DNA of 64,000 nt. Source: Acidobacteriota bacterium. Its GTDB lineage: Bacteria; Acidobacteriota; Thermoanaerobaculia; Multivoradales; J023. The notes beneath the pieces were generated by a model, which saw only the letters and a list, made by a program, of their open reading frames with translations, was not told where the DNA came from and did not search any database. Every line of letters starts with the position of its first letter. Within the stretch, counting starts at the first letter, position 1. Positions 40,058 through 48,261 of this stretch are shown here, piece by piece. Location of the stretch: contig JAJCXQ010000686.1 of the NCBI GenBank assembly GCA_029263355.1, forward strand, positions 177-64,176. Direction: 5' to 3'. Made by a program: the position numbers and the translations under genes.

Positions 40058-40280
40058 GCTCGTTCCCCAAAGCTCTACTGTGGAGCTCGTTCCTCGGACG
40101 TCTATGATTTCTTCGGACCCACGCAACTCGGATCCCAAGTTGGCCATCCCATTCGCTGGGATGTTATGTCAGTTGATTCCGCAGTCCAAGCACAACGCCA
40201 TCCCCCACCCCCGTCGAGCGACAGAACAGTGGAGCGTTATACTCTGAGCATCCCGCGACACCAGCCTTCAGCTCCAGCAG

Positions 40281-41486
40281 ATGAGAAAGACATCCAAGGT
40301 CCGCAACACCAAGGTCAACGGTTGTCTCATCGTTGGCTTCTTTGGCATCTTCGCGATCGTGGGCCTTGCCGCAGCCTACTTTCTGACCTGGAAGCCGATC
40401 TCCAGAATCGTCGCGGCTCGAGAATGGGTCGAGACCGAGTGCGTCGTCGTCTCGAGCGATGTCGAAGCCCACCAGGGCAGCGATAGCACCACCTATCGCG
40501 TCGACATCCACTACACCTACGAAGCCGAGTGGCAGACCTACGATGGTCATCGTTACGACTTCAGCGTCGGGTCGTCCAGCGGTTACGATGGTAAAGCGCG
40601 GGTTGTCGAGTCCTTGCCGCCGGGCAGCGAAGCCAGCTGTTACTACAATCCCCTGAAGCCAAGCGAGTCGGTGATCAATCGCGAGCCCGGCTCCTACTTG
40701 TGGTGGGGCCTGTTTCCCTTACCCTTTCTGGCGGTGGGCCTCGGTGGCCTCATCGCCTCGTTGTTCTCATTGAAGTCAGGCGGTGCCCACCCCGGGCGTG
40801 GCGCTGGCCGGCAACCTACGGCGCGTCCCAAACCTCGAGGGTTTCATGCCTCGAGTCAGTCTTCGGGATCAGGCTCTAGGGGCACCTTGGTGCTCGAAAC
40901 CCAGGCCTCTCCGACCACCAAAGTGATCGGCACTTTAGTGTTTGCTATTCTCTGGAATGGCATCGTCAGCCTATTCGTGTTCGGAGACTTCACTTCGAGC
41001 TTCGGTGAAAGTTGGTTCGCCGTGGTTCCGATCCTCTTCCTGACCCCGTTTGTCCTCATCGGGATCGGGCTCATCGGCTTGTTCTTCTACATGGTGCTCG
41101 CCTGGTTCAATCCCCGGCCCAGCTTGACCCTGGCCAACGGTCATCTGACGCCCGGTCAAACGACAACTCTAAGCTGGCAGTTCAACGGCAGCGCGGGACG
41201 CCTTACGAAGCTCACCATCGAGCTTCGGGGCTCCGAAGAGGTACGCTATCGCCGCGGAACCGATACCAAAACCGAGACCCACGTCTTCTACAGCCAACGG
41301 CTGGTGACGGCGGAGCACTTCTCAGTCATCCACCGCGGCCAGGTTGAGATGAATATTCCAGAGGGCACCATGCCGACATTTGATGCCAATAACAACGACA
41401 TCAAGTGGAGCCTGGTGATTTCTGGCGACATTCCACGGTGGCCCGATGTGGACGAAAACTTTCCGATCACGGTTTATCCAGGCTGA
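40281..41486 (+). CDS. DUF3592-like membrane protein with a C-terminal arrestin-like beta-sandwich
   Basis: TM, W..TECVVVSS...YTY...CYYNPLKPSES, further TM helices, soluble C-terminal domain. Confidence 0.7.
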   Translation: MRKTSKVRNTKVNGCLIVGFFGIFAIVGLAAAYFLTWKPISRIVAAREWVETECVVVSSDVEAHQGSDSTTYRVDIHYTYEAEWQTYDGHRYDFSVGSSSGYDGKARVVESLPPGSEASCYYNPLKPSESVINREPGSYLWWGLFPLPFLAVGLGGLIASLFSLKSGGAHPGRGAGRQPTARPKPRGFHASSQSSGSGSRGTLVLETQASPTTKVIGTLVFAILWNGIVSLFVFGDFTSSFGESWFAVVPILFLTPFVLIGIGLIGLFFYMVLAWFNPRPSLTLANGHLTPGQTTTLSWQFNGSAGRLTKLTIELRGSEEVRYRRGTDTKTETHVFYSQRLVTAEHFSVIHRGQVEMNIPEGTMPTFDANNNDIKWSLVISGDIPRWPDVDENFPITVYPG

Positions 41487-41842
41487 TGACCCTTCAGATC
41501 CATCTCGACGACCCCAACGCCTATCAACCGGGTGACGAAATTCGCGGCCGGGTCACCTGGCAATCGCTGCAACGTCAACCCAAGTCGGTGTTGATCAGCT
41601 TGCTGTGGCACACCGAAGGTAAGGGTACTGAGGACGTCGAGATCATCGAGCAAATCACCGTCGACGGCCCATCAGCTTCGGGCAGTCGCGAGATCAGTTT
41701 CATCTTGCCAGGCTTCCCGTGGAGTTTCTCGGGAACCCTGCTGTCACTAGTGTGGGCGATCGAAGCCAGCCTGGAACCCGCCGGCGAGGTGACACGGGTC
41801 AACATCGTCTCGGCTCCAGGAGCCGAGGAGATTCAATTGTGA
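41486..41842 (+). CDS. Small arrestin-N/SpoOM-like beta-sandwich protein
   Basis: YQPGDEIRGRVTW...WHTEGKG...PWSFSGTLLSLVWAIEA; TGATG coupling. Confidence 0.65.
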   Translation: MTLQIHLDDPNAYQPGDEIRGRVTWQSLQRQPKSVLISLLWHTEGKGTEDVEIIEQITVDGPSASGSREISFILPGFPWSFSGTLLSLVWAIEASLEPAGEVTRVNIVSAPGAEEIQL

Positions 41843-42498
41843 ACGAGCAACCCTTGAGGCGAGCACGCGACAACCCGTTTCGGGTGAGCAGAGTCCACAG
41901 CCTGCGTTACCGCCTCGACGATCCGGACTGGCAGATACTGCTCGATCGATTGGCGCGGCACAGCTATCGCGCCGCCCTCGTCGGGCCTAAAGGCAGTGGT
42001 AAAACGACCCTGCTCGAGGAGTTGGAACAGCGCATCGAAGCGCGCGGTTGGCGTATCGCGCCGGTCCGACTGAGCCGGGAGCGCCGGCGCCCCACCAATG
42101 AGGAGTGGCGACGCTTGAGCGATGCCGGACCCCGGCATCTCGTCACGGTGGATGGTGTTGAGCAGCTCAGCTGGTGGAACTGGCGCGGACTGTCGAGACG
42201 TTGCTGTGGTGCTGGCGGTTTGATCGTCACCAGCCACACACCTGGCCGACTGCCGACCCTGCGTCAGCACCGAACCAACTCAGGCCTCCTAGTCGAACTG
42301 GTGGCCGAACTGCTGACTCCAACCCAGGCCTCGCAACTACGTCCGCATCTCGATCAGCTCTTCGAGCATCATCAGGGTAATCTGCGCGACTGCCTACGCA
42401 GCCTCTATGATGCCTGGGCTCGCGGCGAACACGAGGGGGCGCTCGCGACTCGCGATGACACGGTGAATGCGGTGGACACAAGCCGAAGCGCTGCATAA
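41839..42498 (+). CDS. P-loop ATPase (AAA+/Hda-like, small)
   Basis: NPF, GPKGSGKTTLL Walker A, VTVDGVEQL Walker B, GNLRDCL; GTGA coupling. Confidence 0.7.
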   Translation: MNEQPLRRARDNPFRVSRVHSLRYRLDDPDWQILLDRLARHSYRAALVGPKGSGKTTLLEELEQRIEARGWRIAPVRLSRERRRPTNEEWRRLSDAGPRHLVTVDGVEQLSWWNWRGLSRRCCGAGGLIVTSHTPGRLPTLRQHRTNSGLLVELVAELLTPTQASQLRPHLDQLFEHHQGNLRDCLRSLYDAWARGEHEGALATRDDTVNAVDTSRSAA

Positions 42499-42510
42499 TC
42501 AAGACTCCCA

Positions 42511-43791
42511 ATGCCAGATCGACGAATGCCGGATCAACAAATGCCCGCTCCCAGATTGTCGCTGCCGCCGGGTCAACGCGCGGCGGACCGCTTCCCACGT
42601 TTCGGAGCCATCACGCGACCATTGCCCGAAGCGCCCGGCGAGCCTCGGCTACGAATCTCGGGAGCGGTCGAGACAGAGTTCACCTTCGGCCTCGAAGAAC
42701 TTCGTGTCTTGCCGCGGCATGAGCAGGAAAGCGCCTTGCATTGCGTGACCACCTGGACCAAAGAGGGTCTATCCTGGAGCGGTTGGCGGCTCGCCGATCT
42801 GTATCGTCACGTGATCGAGCCGCGCTGTCGGCCTCGGCCGGAGGTCCGGTACCTGATCCTCTTCGGTGACGATGGGTATCGTTGCAGCCTGCATCTCGAC
42901 GACGTTCTTGGAGACAACGCGCTCGCTGATCCAATTCTGATCGCCGACACCCTCGACGGCGAACCGTTGTCATCTATCCACGGCGCGCCGTTGCGCGTCG
43001 TCAGCCCGGGTCAATACGGCTACAAGAACTTGAAACACCTGGCTGGTATCGGGTTGCGCGCCAAACCGATCACCTCGCCCCTGGGTCTCGAACATCCGCG
43101 CGGCCGAGTCGATCATCAGGAGCGCAATGCTCGGTATCCAGCCTGGCTCGTCCGCCGGCCTTATCGGGCGCTGATCGGCGCCACCGCGTTCTTCCAACAT
43201 CGTGGCATCCGCAGCAGGCACTTCGTCGGCCGCCCAACGCTGCTCGACGAACTGATGCCAAACGACGAACATTTCGAGGTCCACGACATCTGGCTCGACG
43301 CCAGCCCGGACGAAGCCTATCGGGCACTGCTCACACTCCGAGGTGACGAGATCCGTCTCCTGCGTCCACTGATGGCGCTGCGGGAGCTACCGGCGCGACT
43401 GGTCGGCCGCACTGTCGGCGGCGATCGCAACGCTCCGGTGCTCGAATCCTTGGTCGCTGGCGGTTTCGTCAAGCTCGCCGAAGAGCCGGGTCGCGAGATT
43501 GTCCTCGGTGTTGTCGGGCGATTTTGGAAACTCACCGGCAATGCTCCGGTGCGTTCCGTCCACGATCGCCAAACCTTCACCGCCTTCAACCAACAGGGCT
43601 ACGCCAAGGCAGCGATGAATCTCTTGGTGCGGGCCGAAGGCCGTGGCAGCCGGCTGATCACCGAAACCCGGATCGATACCACCGACCCAACTGCTGCACG
43701 AAGCTTCCGTCGCTACTGGCGCTGGGTTCGGCCTGGCAGCGGTCTCATCCGTCGCAGCTGGCTCAAAGCAGTCCAGCGACGTTTGATCTAA
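42511..43791 (+). CDS. Sulfite-oxidase-family molybdopterin-binding domain fused to a DUF2867/START-like domain
   Basis: LPPGQ, LHCVTTW, HGAPLRVVSPGQYGYKNLK; C-terminal EIVLGVVGRFW...TETRI...FRRYW. Confidence 0.8.
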   Translation: MPDRRMPDQQMPAPRLSLPPGQRAADRFPRFGAITRPLPEAPGEPRLRISGAVETEFTFGLEELRVLPRHEQESALHCVTTWTKEGLSWSGWRLADLYRHVIEPRCRPRPEVRYLILFGDDGYRCSLHLDDVLGDNALADPILIADTLDGEPLSSIHGAPLRVVSPGQYGYKNLKHLAGIGLRAKPITSPLGLEHPRGRVDHQERNARYPAWLVRRPYRALIGATAFFQHRGIRSRHFVGRPTLLDELMPNDEHFEVHDIWLDASPDEAYRALLTLRGDEIRLLRPLMALRELPARLVGRTVGGDRNAPVLESLVAGGFVKLAEEPGREIVLGVVGRFWKLTGNAPVRSVHDRQTFTAFNQQGYAKAAMNLLVRAEGRGSRLITETRIDTTDPTAARSFRRYWRWVRPGSGLIRRSWLKAVQRRLI

Positions 43792-43949
43792 ACAGGCCGC
43801 GTCACGACAAAGCCGGCCTTTCGCTTGATCGTGTCTAGCCTCTACACGAAAAAGCGCGACACAGGCTTGATACAAATACTGTAGGGCCCAAGGCTTGTCG
43901 TGCGAACCGCCTGCCGCCGCTCGTTGCTCATCGGCCAGCTTGCATCCCA

Positions 43950-43980
43950 CAAAAACAACCGCGGCGCTTCCGCCGCGGCT
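43950..43980 (-). terminator. Intrinsic terminator downstream of the minus-strand metalloprotease gene
   Basis: ccgcggcg-gaag-cgccgcgg followed by TTGTTTTT on the minus strand. Confidence 0.6.
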
Positions 43981-44046
43981 CGCGATCAAACCACCCGAGC
44001 GGTCAATGTGAGACGACTCGGGTGCCCTACGGCTCCAGCTGAGGCG

Positions 44047-47000
44047 TCAGGGCTCGAATCGGATATCTGCTTGACCGTACATGCGGCTAGTAACGGTCCG
44101 GGTCGGCCGGGCACTGGGGTTGCTCTGGGTACTGATATAGGTGGACCCTTCGATCCTGATCGGCCCATAAACTTGCGGCAAGGAGGTGATTCCATTGCGG
44201 TAGGAGCCTCCGGATCCGGCGAGGTAAACGGCGACGGTGTAGGTTGTTTCCCCCTGCAACGCTACCGGCGTGATTGGAACATACGCCCAGTCGTTGGCGG
44301 CGGTAACGCTGGCCTGCGCCAGCAGCGCCCCGGTGCTCTTGTTGAAGAGCCTGACGATCTTGGTGCCGTTGAAGAAACCGCCGAGCTCGGTCACCGAGCC
44401 AGCCTTTTCCGGCGTGAAGTGATAGCCCATAGCGTAATTCCAGTTGAGGTTTGTGGCGAGGCTGCCATTGGCGTTCTCTCGCCAGGGTTGTATGCCCGAG
44501 ACGGCGCCGGAGGTGACCGCGATCGTCACCGTCGCGGTATCGGTCAGCCCGCCGACGGCGCGGTCGGCGACGGTGTACGTGAAGGTGTCGGTGCCGACGT
44601 ATCCCGCCGGCGGCGTGTAGTTGAAACCGCCGACATGTCCGGTGTCATTGGTGCCGCCCGCGGCCGTCTCCTGCTCGTAGTCCCTAAGGTACAGGGCGTC
44701 GCCGTCCGGGTCGGAGTCGTTGCCTAGGATCGCTCCAAGCGGAATGGACAGCCGCGTGTCTCGAGGCGTCGTCAAGAAGTCGTCCACGGCCTGCGGCGCC
44801 CGGTTGAGCACGGTGAGGCACGAACCGGAGCTGGCGACGAAGCTGGTGATCGCGGAGATGGACACCGGGTGGAAGGCAGTGGTCGGATTCTGGATCGATC
44901 CACACATCACAGGCCCGCCTTGGATAGGTGTCGGATCCGGGCAGGTGCTGGCTCCGCAGTCGACGTCGGGGCACTCCATTTCGAATTCAGGCTCGGGCAG
45001 CGTGACCTCCAAATGGCGCGCATTGAAGGCGTGCCCGAGTTCGTGGGAAACCAGCCCAGCCTCACGATAGTCGGTCGAAAGCACATAGGCTCGGTCTCGA
45101 TCGCAGATGGTGCCGGCTAGGCCGGAAGTGCCTCGGACGCGAAACTCCCCACCTTGGCTGCTGTCCAAGTAAAGCGCCTTGCCGCTGAAGAGATAGGCGA
45201 CGTCGCGCGCCACATGCTGGCGGTTGGTCTCCCACTCTCGCCAGAGCTCGCACCACTGGCCGTAGGTATGGCAGGTTTCGTAAGGGTCGCCACCCTGCGA
45301 GTCAAAGGTCCGTTGTGAGGTGACTGTGAAGACCAGCCCCGCGTCAGCATAGAAGCCATTGACCATGTTCAATACGCCGAGGATGTGGTTGTTGGTGTTG
45401 CTGCCGTGGATGTCCCAGTACTCGTAATCTGCGTCGGTTGCAATCTCGACCCGGCGCATCGTTTCGAGGTTCTTCTCGAGGCCCGTGAACTGCAGGGCAA
45501 GACCATCGGACTCACTCGCATCCCACAGCCGGTCAGCGTGCTCGTGGAGCTCGGTAACGGCGCAGGAGACGCCGGCGGCCTGCTGGCGCAGGTCGCCGTC
45601 CTCGTAGACCACCACACGGTCGGCGCCACCGCCGGGAACAAATTTATAGGCCGGGTCGACGAAGAACCTCTTGCCGTCGAGCTCCACGTAGCCCATGACA
45701 AGCTCGGCATCGACCAACAGGCGGACGTCGCTTCCGGGATAGCCGGCGACGTGGCCCGCGAACGTATTGACCGCAGCCCGCGGCACATCGATATCACCCT
45801 CCGCAGTCACGATCGTCTCCTGATAGGACGATGCACGAAGTTCATTCGGCTCCAGCACCAGCTCGTAGGGTGAGCCATTGAGAAACATAGTCATCCGGCC
45901 CTTGGCGTCGAGATCGCGGCGCAGGCTGTCCAGATCGATAGATTCCAAAGTGTAGTGAACAAAAGATTCGATCAGTTTCTGGTGGATCTCGAAGTCGCTA
46001 GCGGGCTCAAGGAGCCTTCCGAAACGCTTGCCGCCGCGGCTGAGGTCGCAGGGCCGCGACTCGACTTGGTTCTGGATCGGACACGTCGCCGCGAACACTC
46101 GGTATGGACCACCATCCCAGAAACCGACGCGGTCGGTTCGATCTTTGGCGCATAGGTAGAGGTGGTTGTCACCTGGCGGCACGGTGAGCACACCGCCGGC
46201 GGTGGTCGCAGTACCCGTGGTGCAGGAGCCGTTGTGCGCCACGTTCCATCGGTAGCGCACTTCCGCCAGACCGGAGTTCGCCGCAGTGCCGGAGATGGCG
46301 TCGGCGGCGGTGACGGTCGCGGTGCGCGAGGTGAACCACTCTGTTGAAGCGTTGTCAGCGCTGACGGTAGGGTTGTGACGGTCGACCCGGACGTAGCGCG
46401 GCGTGTTCCAGGGACTCCAGTTGCCGACATTATCCTTCACGCGCACCCAGTATGCACGGCGGAATCCATTCGCCGGCAGCTCGGCGCCGCTGACTGTAAA
46501 CGACGTGCCGCCGCTGGTTGTCAATGTCGACTGGCAGCCGGCAAAGCCACCAGGGGAGTCGTGGCTTCGACACCAGTTGTAGGACTCAGCGTCGACTCCA
46601 GAACCGCTGTCGCTCGCTGGCGCAACGGTAGCGGTGAAACTGCCGGTCACCCAACATTGACCGGGCTCACTGTAGGCGCAGCTGATGGTTGTCGGTCCGG
46701 GAGCCGAAGGGCCGGTCAGGTCCATCTGAACATAGACCTCGTCGTTTTCCGCCCACGTCGAGCAATCGCTGCTAGCGTCGCAAGCGCCGATGTAGTAAGC
46801 ACGACGGAAACCATCCGACGGCAGGTGGCTGCCATCGACGGTGTAGGTGGGGCCGGTGTTGCTGGTCATTACGACGTTGCAGCCGCCCCAGCCGCTGGTG
46901 TCGTTGCTGCGACAGATCCGGTAGTAGTGTGCTCCCGGAGAAAAGTAAAAAAGGGTGAAGCTGCCGTCGACATAACACCTGCCACCGTTGGCGACCGCGT

Positions 47001-47166
47001 CGCACGACGCTGCGGCCCTGTCCGGCGCTGGCGGCGCCGCGGTGGCGGCGCCAGCGCAAAGGACGAGGGAGAGGAGAGTAAGGACGGTCACTGGTCTCAG
47101 AAGAGTGTCGAGCTTCCGACATGCCGGGTTCGGCAAATAGCGAGGACTCGAGGCAATTGCTTTCAT
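44047..47166 (-). CDS. Secreted M12/reprolysin-like zinc metalloprotease with N-terminal Cys-containing repeats, an Ig/cadherin-like domain and a C-terminal DUF4082-like domain
   Basis: Signal peptide; VEIATDADYE; HELGHAFNARH plus Met-turn (PVMC); NRAPQAVDD...NDSDPDGD...DTFTYTV; MGYHFTP...YTVAV. Confidence 0.85.
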   Translation of the reverse strand: MKAIASSPRYLPNPACRKLDTLLRPVTVLTLLSLVLCAGAATAAPPAPDRAAASCDAVANGGRCYVDGSFTLFYFSPGAHYYRICRSNDTSGWGGCNVVMTSNTGPTYTVDGSHLPSDGFRRAYYIGACDASSDCSTWAENDEVYVQMDLTGPSAPGPTTISCAYSEPGQCWVTGSFTATVAPASDSGSGVDAESYNWCRSHDSPGGFAGCQSTLTTSGGTSFTVSGAELPANGFRRAYWVRVKDNVGNWSPWNTPRYVRVDRHNPTVSADNASTEWFTSRTATVTAADAISGTAANSGLAEVRYRWNVAHNGSCTTGTATTAGGVLTVPPGDNHLYLCAKDRTDRVGFWDGGPYRVFAATCPIQNQVESRPCDLSRGGKRFGRLLEPASDFEIHQKLIESFVHYTLESIDLDSLRRDLDAKGRMTMFLNGSPYELVLEPNELRASSYQETIVTAEGDIDVPRAAVNTFAGHVAGYPGSDVRLLVDAELVMGYVELDGKRFFVDPAYKFVPGGGADRVVVYEDGDLRQQAAGVSCAVTELHEHADRLWDASESDGLALQFTGLEKNLETMRRVEIATDADYEYWDIHGSNTNNHILGVLNMVNGFYADAGLVFTVTSQRTFDSQGGDPYETCHTYGQWCELWREWETNRQHVARDVAYLFSGKALYLDSSQGGEFRVRGTSGLAGTICDRDRAYVLSTDYREAGLVSHELGHAFNARHLEVTLPEPEFEMECPDVDCGASTCPDPTPIQGGPVMCGSIQNPTTAFHPVSISAITSFVASSGSCLTVLNRAPQAVDDFLTTPRDTRLSIPLGAILGNDSDPDGDALYLRDYEQETAAGGTNDTGHVGGFNYTPPAGYVGTDTFTYTVADRAVGGLTDTATVTIAVTSGAVSGIQPWRENANGSLATNLNWNYAMGYHFTPEKAGSVTELGGFFNGTKIVRLFNKSTGALLAQASVTAANDWAYVPITPVALQGETTYTVAVYLAGSGGSYRNGITSLPQVYGPIRIEGSTYISTQSNPSARPTRTVTSRMYGQADIRFEP

Positions 47167-47655
47167 TTGCTTGCTCCCATAAATCGTACCGGGCGTCGAC
47201 CCGAGCCGACGTAGATAAATCAAAACGAAGGTGCTCAGAGCATCCTCCACGCCACTATTTAGCAAGGTTAATGCCAGGTTGAAAACAGACAGCTGGAGGT
47301 GTGTACCTCAGCGACCGGCACAGCCCAAAAAGCCTTAACACAAAGGGGCAACGGCCTCCCGAGGCCCGGCAGCATTCCATGGCTGCAGATGTCGTCAGCG
47401 CCGGCGGTGGCTTCGCAGCATGCCCACTGCGTGTGCGCGGAGCACACGTCGTGGGCATCTCAAAAGTTTCTAATCTTTCCCAGGAACAACCACAGTCGTA
47501 TCGGCCTTCGTATCACGGGCCTACGTCAAAACCTCTGTTCCTTGGCGACGAAGCGCCAACGGGGCGCCGGTGCTGGATGGACCGGGCGGCCGATCTTCCG
47601 GCTGGACTGCACACCCACACGGAAAAGGTGGCTGCGCGGAGCGTATTTGATACCC

Positions 47656-48261
47656 CTAAGCCTCGTCCGAACCCTCCTGGACGACACCGACCATGTCATC
47701 ACAATCGTTGATCTCGAGCTCGAATCGCCAGCCTTCGTAGCTCATCAACATGCGCCCCATCTCGTACCACGAGATATCACGTCCGTCGATGACCAAACGA
47801 GGGAGGTCGCCGTCGGTCTCTTCGTCCCACTCGATCTGGCCACGGACATTACCCTCAGCAATCTGTGGCTGCTCATCCGTCGTGAGGTATTTCTTCCCCA
47901 ACTCGTCACGCATCCGCTGGTACAAGACTCGAAATAGATCCATAGGATCTTTCTCAGCATCGCCGAGGACGCTGAACTCGTAGCCTTTGACCTCACCTTG
48001 ACGCACCTCGAGGGCGTCAATCTTGACCACCTCGCCGTGGAGATGGGTTCGAAACTCGAAGTCGTGCTCGGCGCCCGTGCTGTCTGCGACACTGATCGGC
48101 ACGAAGTCGGGGTGTTCAAAATCGAGCTCCATGGTGACGCTCATCATTTCGTTGTAACAGCGACCACAGAGCAGGGTTCCAGGATCACCCTGCTCGCGCA
48201 AAAGCTGGACGCCATCATGGGAGCGGATGACCTTGTTGCAGTTTTGGCAGCGATCTTTCAA
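47656..48261 (-). CDS. Conserved hypothetical protein with an N-terminal CxxC...CxxC motif
   Basis: TTG start overlaps the sucA stop (TTGA), GGAGG RBS; CQNC/CGRC; LVIDGRDISW...SYEGWRF. Confidence 0.7.
   Translation of the reverse strand: MKDRCQNCNKVIRSHDGVQLLREQGDPGTLLCGRCYNEMMSVTMELDFEHPDFVPISVADSTGAEHDFEFRTHLHGEVVKIDALEVRQGEVKGYEFSVLGDAEKDPMDLFRVLYQRMRDELGKKYLTTDEQPQIAEGNVRGQIEWDEETDGDLPRLVIDGRDISWYEMGRMLMSYEGWRFELEINDCDDMVGVVQEGSDEA

Noticed and set aside
47170..47655. Possible riboswitch, ncRNA or ORFs 47299..47937 and 47301..47711 in the long intergenic region
   Set aside because: No recognisable aptamer consensus or coding signature by eye; an Rfam scan would be needed.
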